The notes beneath the pieces were generated by a model. That model searched no databases, was not told the origin of the DNA, and was given only the letters and a program-made list of their open reading frames with translations. A stretch of 64,000 nucleotides of DNA from the NCBI GenBank assembly GCA_964016885.1, contig OZ024747.1, positions 75,640,001 to 75,704,000 of the forward strand. Direction: 5' to 3'. Shown here piece after piece: positions 1 to 15,262 of the stretch. This stretch comes from Eledone cirrhosa. Taxonomy: Eukaryota. The number at the start of each line of letters is the position of its first letter. Position 1 is the first letter of the stretch. The translations under genes were made by a program, and so were the position numbers.

Positions 1-34
<34 letters not shown>

Positions 35-93
35 TATATGTATGTATATGTATATATGAATATGTGTGTATATGTATGTACAGATATATTCAT

Positions 94-140
<47 letters not shown>

Positions 141-312
141 TATTTATATGTAAATATATATATATATATACGTATATATATGTGTATATAAGTATATATT
201 TATATATGTACACACACCCATATATATATATATAGTAAAAAATTGAACGGGAACAAAACAGAGAGGCAGTACGAACAAAGGTTTATTAGTTTCACGCTCT
301 TGAGAGTGGGGT

Positions 313-352
<40 letters not shown>

Positions 353-513
353 TATATGTATGTATATGTATATATGAATATGTGTGTATATGTATGTACA
401 GATATATTAATGGATATATATATATATATACACATATATTTATATGTAAATATATATATATATACGTATATATACATATGTATATAAGTATATATTTATA
501 TATGTACACACAT

Positions 514-559
<46 letters not shown>

Positions 560-1014
560 AAGTAGATAATAATTGTATGTATTTGTTTGTGAATGGAACA
601 CAGAAATTTTATGGCCCAAAATTTGTGAGAATCACATCAGAATAGTTCTATTATATTCCTATATTATATATTGTTATGGTGTTCTTTGTTGACCCTAGAA
701 TATCATGCAATGAAGTCGTAGATATGTTGCGTTTTTGTGGTATAAACAATATAATAGGAAATAATCAATATATGTATTGATTTTTTTTTTACATAATCAC
801 ACACTGTCGGATTAGAAAGGATAGGAAATTAAACAATGTGATGCTCATAAATTTCTTGCTAGCGTAAATCATGACAGTGTAGTTAACATGTAAATGACTG
901 TAGCTAGAGATTGAAACCGTGTTTGTTTGTTGTTCCACCAGTGAATTACCAAGTATGTATGTATGGTCCCGTAACTCTCTACTGAGGGAGATATAAGGGC
1001 CATCGTATTGACAT

Positions 1015-1263
1015 GTGTGTGTGTGTGTGTGTGACAGCTCACACCTATGCAGGTTTAGCTGGCCTCCTCCAAGGTATATCTCGTTGGAGGTGTCTTGGGT
1101 GATTTAATTACAGGGGCCCCAGTCCTATCATCAAACTTCTACAGCTGAGCAACATGAAATAAAGTGTCTTGCTCAAGGAAACAACACATCACCCGGTCCG
1201 AGAATTGAACTCACAACCTTTCGATTGCAAGCCAAATGCTCTAACCACTAAGCCATACGCCTT
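1015..1263 (-). mobile_element. tRNA-derived SINE, family B, with (CA)n tail
   Basis: Minus strand reads AGGCGTATGGCTTAGTGGTTAGAGC...GAGTTCAATTC (A/B boxes), then core TCCTTGAGCAAGACACTTTATTTCA. Its tail matches 58957-59039. Confidence 0.8.
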
Positions 1264-1384
1264 CACATTGACATACTGCGTATTTTAAAACAAAAGTGGA
1301 GCCCATCTCCTCTCCAGGTCTGAATACTGTAGATTTCTTCCAGAGAAGGATACAGAGTGAACGTATGGAACTGAGAAAGTGATA

Positions 1385-1547
1385 GAGGAAGAATCGACTC
1401 AGCACTAAACCGATACCTCTTGTATCGTCCTTGAATGGATGAAAGGCAAATTTGACCTCGACGGGAGTTGAACCCAGAGAAGCAGAGATACGAAACGAAT
1501 ACTGTAAAGCACTCTATCCGACGTTCTAACGACTCTACCAACTCGCC
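1385..1547 (-). mobile_element. SINE family A (Nin/Deu-like core), degenerate
   Basis: GGATGAAAGGCAAATTTGACCTCGACGGGAGTTGAACCC is the reverse complement of the family-A B box and core. Confidence 0.65.
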
Positions 1548-2187
1548 ACATTCACCACTGATTTACCATATTGAAACGTTGACAACACGGTGCATTGATA
1601 TATGTTTACTTTTGAATCGATAAAAGATCTACCTTTCTAAGGAGATTTATAAACTGAAATACACAAGCATTTATTTCTAAGAATATACAAGTTGTTTGTG
1701 AAATAAAATTACATCAACCGTGAATATAAGAGATATTACAACTTATTTACGGTATCTTTCTATAATATTAGTATATAGTATTTCTTTTTCCCTCACAAGA
1801 CACACGGCCGCATATTTCAAGAGAAGGAGAAACGGATATTCTGATATTTATGCATTTCCCTATGATATTTAGAGCTTAATTGAAATGATTTCAATGAGTT
1901 ACCGAAGTAGCTTCGTAGTCTCCATTTGCCAAGACTTTGCACTTACTAACATTGGGTTCACTGTCACATTATCAATCTATTCAAATGTCACATTTGTATA
2001 AAATCCCAAATCTGTGGTCGATTGAGGTACGTTCCGTTAATATTGTGGTTTCGAGGTTTATTTCTAATATCTAATAATACGTTGTCTGGTCCATTGGCTT
2101 GTCCATTTTAAAATGTCACGTAATATAAGGTAAGGTTCTGTACATATGTGTGTATTGGTAGTAAACATTCAACCTGTATTATTAATT

Positions 2188-2370
2188 GATTGGCAGTATC
2201 GGTAGAGGGTCGGACGCCATGCTTTGCAGCAGAGTTACGTCCCTTTACAGACTGAGTTCAAATCCCGCTGAAGTTAACTTTGCCTTTCATCCTTACGAGG
2301 TCGATAAAATAAAGTACCAGTAGTGTACTGGGTATTTTCTGGCCTTGTGCCAAAATTAGAAACAATTATT
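2188..2370 (+). mobile_element. SINE family A (tRNA head plus Nin/Deu-like core)
   Basis: B box GAGTTCAAATCCC and core GCCTTTCATCCTTACGAGGTCGATAAAATAAAGTACC; near-identical to 17318-17510. Confidence 0.85.
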
Positions 2371-2718
2371 AATACACACACAACGACTCAAACACTGCCA
2401 CCACAGGTCCCTCCTAAACCACATCCGTTCTGCGTACGCAAACACCACTTTCTCCCCTTTCTTTCTATCTCTCTCACACACCTGACCACTTCCTCTCTGA
2501 CCACTTCACTAACCCCACCGTACTGAGCACATCTCCCTCGGACATCTTTTGGACTACACGTGTATATTCCCATATACACAAACACACGCTCACACACACA
2601 CATACCCATACATAAACATACACATACTTATATCCACATACATGCACATAAATGAAATACAAAAGATTTCTGCAACAGACAATACAGAAAGTCACAATCA
2701 CACAATGGAGCCCCCCCC

Positions 2719-2752
<34 letters not shown>

Positions 2753-2923
2753 CACTCACTCTTATAAAAACATACAGACAAAAGACTACACACGAAAAGC
2801 CCACACGCATACACATAAAACACAAAAGGTTTCTGATACATAAATATATACACTAACGTATGTAGAAACAATACAAAAAAGTGTCAAATATGCATAAACA
2901 CACACACACCAACCCAATTTCTT

Positions 2924-2989
<66 letters not shown>

Positions 2990-3331
2990 GTTTTAGCGAT
3001 TTTTGTATGCCAATTTCTCGCAAATATCCAGGCATTGGGAGACACCGATTTTTAGCAGATTTTATTCGTAGTTCTTGTTTAAAGGAACTAATAGATGTTT
3101 GTGTGTCACGTGATGTATGAAATCCCATGCCATGTTTCTGTTTCAGGTAAGCATGTAAATCACTGCTCCCGTAGAACACCAGAGGAAATATTATATATAT
3201 ATATATATATATATTTCTTTTTCTTCAGTATCTCGTCAAAATTCCACTTAAGTTCGTTGTGTCCAAGATCTGTAATTATAGCGAGAAGCTATCGTATGGA
3301 AGTAACCTGAGGCATTTTATATATAGATATA

Positions 3332-3375
<44 letters not shown>

Positions 3376-4142
3376 TAGACAGGCACGTGCGTAAATAAAC
3401 ACACATAAACACACACACACACACACAACTCAGTAAATCAACACAGCTCTTCATTAAATATTAATAATGGAACACAAAACTCGCTCCAAGTTGTATACAT
3501 TCTTTTCTAGTGAAACTAAGTACGATTCTACACACATCGTATTTTTTTTTGTTTGTTTTCTTTTACTATGTTTTGAAACAAGTAGTTTACTATCGTCTTC
3601 TTTTAAAATATTCTCCTCGCAACCATCAGAATTCTCCAAGTGAATATAAATCAACACGGTGATTTGTTAACTAAATTAGTTGCTATCTGTTGCTGTAATA
3701 TTTCACCATAATCACAGTTAAATCTGCTATGGTATGCTGCATTTACAGAACTTATCAATAAATACACATACATACACTCGCAAAGAAACATACATACGCA
3801 GAAACACTCACATCATCATCATCTTCATAATTCTTTTATGCTCAATTTTACAGGCTGGTATGGTTTTGACCGGAGTTACTACCATTATAGACATCCCGGG
3901 GACCATGTCTCACTCGTAGGTTCTATTTTGTTGTTTCATACAGCTAGATACACTTTCTATCCTTCTGTGGAAGAAATCTGCTGCGTTCAGACTTGGAGAA
4001 GTGATGAGCTCCGGCAAACTTAAAATGCGCAAGAAACGCCGCAAGCCACATCGGCGCCCTTACAAATCCAACAGGAAACACGTGACTATACACACAGACA
4101 CATACACAAGCACAAACGCACACACACACATATACATACATA

Positions 4143-4250
4143 TATGATGATGATGACTGCAAATCGATTTCAAGAAATGCCATCACTTGATACTTAAGCA
4201 TGAGCATCACGGCCGTGGCTTTTTAGTCCTGCTAGGGACTTGCCTATGGC
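4143..4250 (-). mobile_element. 3' end fragment of RTE-type element with (TCA)n tail
   Basis: Minus strand translates KSLAGLKSHGR, the same zinc-finger tail as 26537-27140, followed by a similar 3' UTR ending GCAGTCATCATCAT. Confidence 0.55.
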
Positions 4251-4329
4251 CAGCAATACCATGCATCGCAAAAAATGTCACATATTAAGTGATGTCTGTG
4301 CTTGAAGCTTTTTTAAGTTAGAAACACAT

Positions 4330-4468
4330 ACATACAAACAAACATAGATACATACAAACAAATATAGAAACATACATACATAAATACAAATATACAAATA
4401 TACATACATATATACATACATGATGGCTGCCCCCTCGTTATCGAGTATGGCCATTGCGCGATATACCA
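4330..4468 (-). mobile_element. Extreme 3' end of RTE-type element with degenerate (TATG)n tail
   Basis: Minus strand TGGCCATACTCGATAACGAGGGGGCAGCCATCATGTATG matches the 3' terminus at 27108-27146. Confidence 0.65.
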
Positions 4469-4966
4469 TTATTAGTAATTATTAATTAATTCTATCGTAC
4501 AATGCCTGTGCGTGAAGATTTTTTTAAAGTGAGGAAAGACTGCACTGAGCCAATCCCACTCTCTGAGCGACAGTAGCTATAACCCGAAAAGAAGAAAAGA
4601 ACAACATCATCGGTAACTACTGAGCCGCAGGTTTTATGTTGGAGTTATCCCACATACATATATATATATATTCTACCACCGTAAACAGATCGGAGCGATG
4701 TTTCACTTGTACGTTCCATTTTGTCAAGTTTTCTACGGCTAGATACCGTTCGTATCACCAATATATCAATAGCACACTTGGTGTATGATATTATACCAGC
4801 AGTACAAGGGAGATAACCTTGAACCTAAGAAGACTAAAAAGTACTCCAGTCATTCATTAATACTCGAGTGTTGCTTCGTTTTCGAAACAGATGGAAAAAC
4901 TTGTAATGAAAGTGAACCATAACGAGATATTAATGCAAGGAACAATAAATGTTTGAGAGAGAGAGA

Positions 4967-5053
<87 letters not shown>

Positions 5054-6790
5054 AAGTGGATAGATAGCAATGTATTATTGTAATTAAAAACTATACGTAC
5101 ACTTCGGTGTACGTATACTTGTGACACATGAAACATATTTCCTCAATACAACATTTATGTACATACTTAAAATTATCGAGAATATTGGTTGGGAGCTCTT
5201 TTTAGATAGCATGGCACTAAAACAGCGTCTACTGAACAGGATGTTAGGAACGCAAGTAATGTCAACATTAAGTGCCATCATGTATTGTAGCAAGAATTCA
5301 ATATATTTTTTATTATATCACAAATATTGTTTAGCTTCACGCCGATATTACATTGTTACAGCACTTTTATTCTGTAGCTTTATTATTTTTCCCTGCACAT
5401 CCGTCATCTTTGCAATCGACTGCTTGGTCTTCAAAATGGAACTGACAAGGCAATGATATCGTGGAATCCCTGTGTCGTTATGCAATGATTGTAAATATTC
5501 ATCATAAGTAATATTATCCTAATCAAACACTTCATATTTGAAGCTATCCAATCGTTGAAACAGCTGGAAATGACATCTGGAAATGTTAATCTTATTTCAA
5601 ACTAATTTAGAAATGAAAGCAATGGTGGTTGTTTTGTTGTGGACCAATGATATATTTTTACCGTGGACCAGCTTATTAAAATAATTTTCATAAATATATC
5701 GCTAAAAGATATCATGTTCTGTATGAATTAGAGAAGAGGGTAGTAGAGATTTAGAAATATTCTGAATGTTTGAAGCAGTTCAATAAAACGACAACACAGT
5801 TGCCTTTTGACAGGTGGATTACAGAATTTTAAAATTCCACATTACACAATAATTTTCTGACAGTTGAAATATATCATTCATGAACTCCATGACAGATTTG
5901 ACTACTATGCAGATGTATGATTACTGCACACATACACACACAACTGCAGATTTCTCTACGCTCCTACATAATGTGCGATATCATAGGGTTGATCAATTAA
6001 TGATAATGGATATCACTGCTGATTAATTTTCAATAGTCAATTTCAGGCGTCAGTTCTCGGAAAATATATATCAATCATCAAATGTTGAAAACGTCGATCA
6101 TATTCTGCACATTTGCTTATCGACCACACAACACTTGGACCCACCCCCTACCCTTGGGCATTAACCCCTAAGTTATGAACCTCTGATTTGGATGATATTC
6201 GGTAGAGATGGTGGGAGGAAAAGACATATTATTAGTGGTTTAGCCATAGGTGAGCTTTGATGAAGTAGATCTATTTTCAAAAGTATTCATGGTTACCACA
6301 CTATTATCTAATGTATAGTAATGTTATATCTGTATAAATATAGAGTGTGTAATCGGGACTGCACCAATACAGGCCTGGAAAGACGAATTTCCCTATAAAT
6401 CATTATCTCATTCTGTGGTGTGTTTTCATGCCTACATATTAGGTATATGTATACATTTATACACGTTGGTGCAGTCTCGGTTACATACTCTGTATTTATA
6501 TATATTTAACTGTATCATACACTTGGTTGCCTGTGCACTCTTCAATATATATATATATATTGAGGAGTGCATATATATGGGATAACAAGTTATCGTTTTA
6601 GGTAATGTAGTTATAGGTTTTGAGTACTCTGTATTGTGGATAGTTTTAAAGTACGGCGTTGTTTGACTCAACAAGTGGTTTCCATAGTTAGGTAGCGATT
6701 GTTAATAATATATATAAAACCCTTTTTGTACAGTTTTTGTACAGTTTTTGACCATGTTATTCTTCACTCTTTCACTATATATGTATATAT

Positions 6791-6867
6791 AGGAAAAAGT
6801 AAGACCCCGACGGCAGAGGTCAAGCCGTTTCGACGGCTATTTCTGGTTCCTTACCACATTTCCTTCG

Positions 6868-6869
<2 letters not shown>
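6791..6869. mobile_element. (TA)n-embedded pLTR-like fragment, family K
   Basis: GACCCCGACGGCAGAGGTCAAGCCGTTTCGACGGCTA and GGTTCCTTACCACATTTCCTTCGTT recur at 18.8-19.06, 20.8-21.07 and 62.3-63.16 kb, always between TA arrays. Confidence 0.7.
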
Positions 6870-6909
<40 letters not shown>

Positions 6910-6977
6910 GAGACGTATAGAGATTGTTTTAGCAAGAAGCTAACGGCATTCTATAACATATATATATATATATATAT

Positions 6978-7027
<50 letters not shown>

Positions 7028-7890
7028 GGTTATATTTAATTTGTTGGGATTCAACAAGCTTAAAGATTTTTATAACTGATATAAAGCACTCAACAATGTA
7101 AACTCTCGTAAATTTTCATAAATTTAGAATTATTTGGATATTTAAATTTTGACTATTAATAAATATAATTTTGCTAAACTTACTTTAATAAAATAAACTA
7201 TACTAGATTTTCTCTAATGTAAAATACTGTATATTTATTTAAATAATTTATAATCCTTAACATACACATCTAAACCAATATATTATTACTAATACATCTT
7301 AATATAATATAAATACTTCTATTTTAATTTTAATTTTTTATTTTTAATCTTTAAATTTTTAATATTAAATTAAATCTTTAATATTAAGGCAAATTTTAAT
7401 CTTTAATTTTGATTTCTAATTTTTAATTTTAATATAATTTTTCAACCTATCATTATAAATATTATAATCACAACGTAATGAACCCTACATTCTAAATATT
7501 ATTCTTCCACATTAATCTTTATTCTTCTTTCACTTCTTCTTTCACTTAGATATATTTACGCTATGTATATTTTTCCATTAAAACTTATTTCTTCATTCAT
7601 TCTGACTTTCTTCAATATCACTATGTATAATCGTTCTTTCTTTCCTCTTCTCTCTTTCTCCTTACTTTTCTTTTTTTTCTTTTTTTCTCTCTCCCTTACA
7701 TATCATCTTCTTCCAATAGTTTAATTTAAATAAACCGTTATCTTTTCAACTTTTTGGACACTCATCTGCATACTCACTCATAACTTTGTATCACCCTCAA
7801 TAAAATATTATCTCCACTATCCAGGAAGCTCCAACCGTTAAGGTTGTCTTTTTTCCGGGTATCTCAATATTTATTTATGAAACAAATCTG

Positions 7891-7956
7891 TATTTTATCT
7901 GATGAAAGCACACCATAATTTCCCTTGGTTGCCCTCGAAATATATATAATAAAATA
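7891..7956 (+). ncRNA. Minimal type-I hammerhead ribozyme motif
   Basis: TATTTTAT-CTGATGA-[imperfect stem II]-GAAA-TATATA-TA-ATAAAATA. Stem I is a perfect 8 bp and stem III is palindromic. Confidence 0.7.
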
Positions 7957-7996
7957 AATATGGTTTTATAAATATAGTTTCCATTTATTAATATAT

Positions 7997-8030
<34 letters not shown>

Positions 8031-8035
<5 letters not shown>

Positions 8036-8369
8036 CAAAATATTAACAAATGTAAAATATTCTCATAATCAAAATATATACTTTATTATATATATTTCAG
8101 AGGTACTGTGTTGTTTTTTCAGTACGTCTTCATCAGACAAAATATATGATTTGATATATGACATGCCGCTACGGTCTTGATTGTTCAATTGACTGCAAAT
8201 ACTGGAATTGAACAATCAAGACCGTAGCGGTATATCATATATCAAATCATATATTTTGTCTGATGAAGACGTACTGAAAAAAAAACAACACAGTACCTCA
8301 GAAATATATATAATAAAGTATATATTTTGATTATGAGAATATTTTACATTTGTTAATATTTTGAATAAT
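8031..8369. repeat. Fold-back inverted repeat (~160-bp arms) with a hammerhead-like core in each arm
   Basis: 8031-8189 is the reverse complement of 8207-8369. CTGATGA (8260), GTACTG/CAGTAC stem and GAAA (8301) lie in the right arm. Confidence 0.85.
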
Positions 8370-8485
8370 ATTAAAAACTCCAGGAAAACTTTTTTTCGGT
8401 TGAGTAGTTCTAATGTATTGTAAAATTTTATTCATTGAGTATTCAACGAACCATACAAATCTCTGGTTATATATATATATATATA

Positions 8486-8952
8486 AATTAATAAAAACAA
8501 TGAATAAAAACAATGAACAAGTTCCTTATATTAAACAATTCATCATTTTACGATCGTTTCTAGGATATATATGTGTTGGTATTTATATCATATAGATCTA
8601 TGTAAAAATATTTTACAAACTATCAGAGGAAATATACATACCTATACATTATTTCTGAAGACAGCATATATATGTTGCAGGTATGTATATTTCCTCTGAT
8701 AGTTTTTAAAATATTTTTACATAGATCTATATGATATACATACCAACACACATATATATCCTAGAAACGATCGTAAAATGATGAATTTTTTAAAATAAGG
8801 AACTTGTTCTTTGTTTTTATTCATGGTTTTTATTAATTTATCTTGAGATTTTCATCGAAAACTTTTGAATGCATTTTTTTTCATGATATTTGGATTACAT
8901 TGAGTTCTTCATACGGATTGGACACTACCGTATATTTTGGTAGATTTATCTA
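8486..8952. mobile_element. Inverted pLTR pair of the same PLE family as 44209-45790
   Basis: 8486-8645 is inverted relative to ~8675-8840, and 8647-8950 aligns with 45465-45788. Flanked by TA runs. Confidence 0.8.
8647..8784 (+). ncRNA. Type-I hammerhead ribozyme motif with ~100-nt stem II
   Basis: CATTATTT-CTGAAGA(8655)-long hairpin-GAAA(8764)-CGATCG-TA-AAATGATG. Confidence 0.65.
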
Positions 8953-9298
8953 CATATAAAAATATATATATATATATCTTAATGTATAGTATATCGTCAA
9001 AATTATACTGAATAAACAGGTTTCATAATACTTTAGACAGTACTGTATACTTTGAAGGACATAGTAATCCAAAACTACTGAAAGAACGAAGGGTTTGGTC
9101 TAGGCAAATAGTAATGATAATATATATATATCATATACAAATATACATACATATATACATATGTATATATATATATATATGAGTGGCACTGCTTCTAGTG
9201 TTCAGCAATTTTTAGACATCTTTATCAATGAAACAATTGTTAGACTGTAAATAAATCCCCTTTTTTGTACTGTTGACCATGGTATTCTCCACTTTTTC

Positions 9299-9425
<127 letters not shown>

Positions 9426-9628
9426 TATGTACACGTACATACATATATGTATACAGACGTACAGTACTATGTATATATATATACATACATGCACGCATAT
9501 ATATATATGTACGTATGGATTCACCGAACATTTATTATAATGCTCGATGTATTTGTAAACAAACATCCCGTATTAAGCCGTAGTGTCCAGCAACCATCGT
9601 TGCTCGTTTGTTCAACACTGACAAAGAA

Positions 9629-9671
9629 ACGCTATACTAGTTTCAAGCTTATTAGCTATCGTCAGCAACGT
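9629..9671 (-). ncRNA. Minimal type-I hammerhead ribozyme motif (left arm)
   Basis: Minus strand ACGTTG-CTGACGA-TAGCTAATAAGCTT-GAAA-CTAG-TA-TAGCGT. Confidence 0.75.
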
Positions 9672-9953
9672 ATACCTTCCTGCCAGATTGTTGAACGTAT
9701 ATACTTACCTTATGCATATTAATGGCTGAGTAGCCCAATTTGCATATCGTGTGGGTTAATCGGCCGGGTGCACCGAAAACGATAAACGGAAAAAATGAAA
9801 CTAAGAGTGGGAAATGAAATTTCGTTTTATTTTTTCCGTTTATCGTTTTCGGTGCACCCGACCGATTAACCCACTCGATATGCAAATTGGGCTACTCAGC
9901 CATTAATATGCATAAGGAAAGTATATACGTTCAACAATCTGGCAGGAAGGTAT

Positions 9954-9996
9954 ACGTTGCTGACGATAGCTAATAAGCTTGAAACTAGTACAGCGT
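9954..9996 (+). ncRNA. Minimal type-I hammerhead ribozyme motif (right arm)
   Basis: ACGTTG-CTGACGA-T.AGCT.AATA.AGCT.T-GAAA-CTAG-TA-CAGCGT. Predicted GUA cleavage after 9990; stem III is the palindrome ACTAGT. Confidence 0.8.
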
Positions 9997-10137
9997 TCCT
10001 TTGTCAGTGTTGAACAAACGAGCAACGATGGTTGCTAGACACTACGGCTTAATACGGGATGTTTGTTTACAAACACACCGAGCATTATAATAAATGTTCG
10101 GTGAATCCATACGTACATATATATATAAGTGTGCATG

Positions 10138-10274
<137 letters not shown>

Positions 10275-11034
10275 TGTATATATATGTGTGTGTATATACA
10301 CATTTACTCACACATATATATGTATTATATAACGATACAGACTTGCTGATTTTAGCGCCATGGTGGATTATTCAATTTGACAGTTACATTAAATCAGTTA
10401 AAAGTAAGTAGATTCATTAGATAAGTGATCATTTATATCGTAGTTGTACTTTGGGCAAGTTGGTTACATAATTGATCGAATTACCCACCATACTTAAGCC
10501 GAATTTCTTTTTTTTTACTTTCCATAAATGTATTTAGAATATTTTAATTTGAATCCTCGACGTTATTTTTACTATTTATTTTCATTGTCCTTCATATTAT
10601 ACCGTATCCTTCATGTATGTGCCTGTAGCTAATATCATTATTAAATCTTCTGGATTGCACAACCAGTAGTATTGATGCATTAAGTGTTGTTGCTGAAAAG
10701 TTACTGGATTTGTCTAAAAGAAAATACAGGAGGATCAGTTAATTCTGATTTTATTCAGCATATTCTCCTCTCAGATCCACTCATTTATTGCAGTGGACCC
10801 ACGTCTTATGTAAATGTAACAACTCTACACTTTCCCGATAACTTTAAAGTCAGGAACCTTTCAATACCTTCTCGTATCTTTGTGTAAGATTTATATAAAT
10901 ATGTACTCCTAAAGTTACATAGATTCTCTTTGAAAATAAGTGCCCCTCTGCAAAGGTTCCGCTATGTGTTACAAATTACCATACTCAACCATCTTTTAAA
11001 AAAATCGTAGGATATATTAAATAATGAGTCATGA

Positions 11035-11238
11035 TTCAGACACAAGACGAACCATTTTGGGAGGTGGGGAGTCGATTAAATCGACCGCAGTACGTTACTG
11101 GTACTTTATTTATAGATCCCGCAATGAAAGGCAAACTTACCTCAGCGAGATTTGAAATTAGTACGTAAAGGGCCGTAACTCTATGCCGCAAAGTATGTTG
11201 TCTGATGGTTTACCGATTATTGCTAATCAATCGCCCTA
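11035..11238 (-). mobile_element. SINE family A, degenerate
   Basis: ACTGGTACTTTATTTATAGATCCCGCAATGAAAGGCAAA resembles the family-A core in reverse. Confidence 0.6.
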
Positions 11239-11274
11239 AGGATATATATATAATGTAAAGAGTTCAAACAATTC

Positions 11275-11354
<80 letters not shown>

Positions 11355-12236
11355 TGAGGATTCTACCAGAACATTTGACCGCTCTTCTTCATTACATCAT
11401 AAAATGTATCCTCCGCTTGGATTGTTTGTATTTCTATTTTCAGAACATCATAAGTTTCCTTGGATTCTTGTGTTTTAGTATTAGATAATGTAGCTTGAGT
11501 TTATCAATGTCTGAAGAATAACATATGGTCAGTGCCAGATTGTCTTTGATTATATATCTACCCGATAAGGGCTGCTGAGAGTCTAAAGAGCAGTAACATG
11601 AATAAAGTAAATTATCATCATGTTATCAGTTAAACTTCCGTTGTTGTCTCGGGATGATGTGATGCTTACCTTTGAACTTTTTTGCCAAAAGCCAGAGAAT
11701 GATATTAATATTAAAATAACAAAGATGAAACAATATAAAGCTTTGCGGCTGTAAATATATTTGTTGAGCAATGGAAAGAATAAATCAGATACTGAGAAGC
11801 TAGGCCAGCGAGTTAGTTTCGATTCCCAAATTTATTTTGATTCAGTTATTAACTGGTACTCTAGAGAAAATCATGGATGTCATATCTTCTTATTTATCTT
11901 CCGATCTAGATGTCTCAGTTTTAATGCCAATGTATCAAACAATGACTCTGGCATAACCGTGTGATTTAGAGAGTTGCTGAGCAGCAATCTGGTTTCATGT
12001 CCGATCAAACTGCATGGCACTTTGCCTCTATAATATTCTGGAGTTGAAATTTAATCGATAGTATATTTAGTCGATGTGAAATCCGGTCTGAGGGAGAGTT
12101 TCTTTTTTTTTTTGGATGTTAGACTTAATCGGTCTCTCGGTTTATCTCAGTCACCTGGCCATTGACTGCGTTTAGCGAAGTTCATTCTGTTGCAAGCATT
12201 TGTGCCCCCTTCTCTCTCTTTTCCTGTTTTCTTGCT

Positions 12237-12979
<743 letters not shown>

Positions 12980-13023
12980 ATGTACACACACACATACACA
13001 CACACATATATATATATATACAT

Positions 13024-13075
<52 letters not shown>

Positions 13076-15206
13076 ACATGTGTGTGTGTGTGTGTGTGTG
13101 TTGTTAATTGAGGGGTTGGCCCACCAAACCTGAACTGCTCTGGGACCCCCAAGGTCTAAATCTGGTATGGCTCCAATACGTGGCTTTTACTTTATTTTCT
13201 CGAGTATGGAAGGATGGGAAAGCAGCATTGACGTCAGTGGGATTTAAAGATAAAAGGTAAAGAGTCGGAAATATATTTTACATTATAATTATTTTGATGT
13301 ACTAATTGTTCTGGTATGATAGAATATGAAAGAATCATAATTTCCCTGCTTGAATTCTACTCAGAAGAGGAAATAAGCACCCATCTTCTTTTCCTGTGTC
13401 CCTAGTGACGGAAGGAAGAGTTTAATTTATCCTCAGGCCAGAAACTTGCCCCGAATGCCTCTAAAAGTGTATGTAATGTATACACTAATGAGTGTATTAA
13501 GAATCTTTATATATCGCTAATATTATACGTTTAACAAGTGTATGTACACACAAATATACACAGGCATACCACAACTAGACGCCTTCGTTTGGTTAAATAA
13601 ATAAGTGATAAGTCAGAAAATAATTAAGTTTCCTGACATCAAAGACTTTGAAGTATTCAATATCTAGTTGGTCAATAGACGTTCTAGTTTGTTGAACCTA
13701 TTTTTAAAAATCTCTTTTTATAGACACATTAGATAATGGTGTTGTCAAATGACTGATTAAATATATCACATCAAAACAGGAACGGTAACTCTGACAATAT
13801 TCCACACAACTTTTGTCTACTGATCTCACATATAAATATGTGGTGTGTCTATGGCAGGAGAATCCTGTCCAAGGTGTCGTGTCGTGAGATTGAAATGAAA
13901 TAGTATACTGTACCGGGATATGATTAAGACAATGAAATCTTCGTATGTCTTCACTGGAATTCATTTATCGCATCCACCTTTTCACCTGGGGAGAGAATTG
14001 GTAAAGGATTTATAGTGTCTCTCAAAATTCCATGCCAGGTAATATTTCTTGTGATATTCTGCCTTCTGAGCTCAAATTCTGCTGGGGTCAACTTTGCATC
14101 TCATCTTTTCAGAGCACAGACAAAATAGTAGCAATCTAGAGCAGTGAATCGGTGGAATTGTTAGAACATCGGACGAGATGCCTTGCCGTGTTTATTTCCT
14201 CTCCCTGCATTTTGAGTTGTTGAATGAGTGAGTGACTTAATCCGTCTCTCGGTTTAACACCTTCAACAGGTCCTTAGGTACCTCTAATAAAGTTCGTTAT
14301 CTTGCAACCATTCTAGCTAAGTTTCCGATTTGAAGATATTTTCCTTTGATTCCACTAGTGTTAAAGGCTCAGATACAAACAAAAGTAATGGATGTTGCCG
14401 TATCTTCTTTGATTAAAGTGGTAAAAAGGGGAAAGGAATGAAGGACAACGTACAACGGTAATGTTATATGATCAAAAATCCGGAAAACATGTTATCCGGC
14501 GATATACCTATTTAATACATGCACGGTACATTTAATTATATAATAACGAGGGTGTTGCGAAAACCACCACCACCTCCACCACCAACACAACCATTACTAT
14601 TATCATTATTATTTTTATTATTAGTAGTAGTAATAGTAGTAATGGTAAAAATATATTAATGAAGTAAAAATTATAAAAAAATATAAAAGATTTTTATTTT
14701 CTTTGCTCGCAACGTTGGCAATTATTGGCAAAACGACAACAATTAACAGATGGACTGTTCTAGAATGCCAGTTAATATTCCAGAAGGAATAATTATCATA
14801 AATATCTCATATATTGAACCTGAAGTACTCCGTTGTGAAATTAGTTGCAATTATTGAAATTGAAGTCTAAATTAGAAATATTTCATAATGATAATATCAT
14901 TACATTTCAATGTCGAAATATGAATTTTGTTGCTTGCTCTGTACATCTGCACGAGTGGGAATGTGCATTCTTGAGGGTGGGTGCATATATGTAGGTGTCT
15001 GTTGCTTGTTCTGCACATGTGCATGTGTACGTATGTATTCTCTCTGTCTGTATGTGTGCACGTATGTATGTTTACACGTGTGTATGTCTGTCATATGTGT
15101 GTACGTATGCATGAGTACTCCAATTAGTTAAATGTTACACACGCATCTGTGTTATTTGTTCTGTGCGTGTGTGCGTGCGTGTGCGTGCGTGTGCGTGCGT
15201 GTGTGC

Positions 15207-15262
<56 letters not shown>

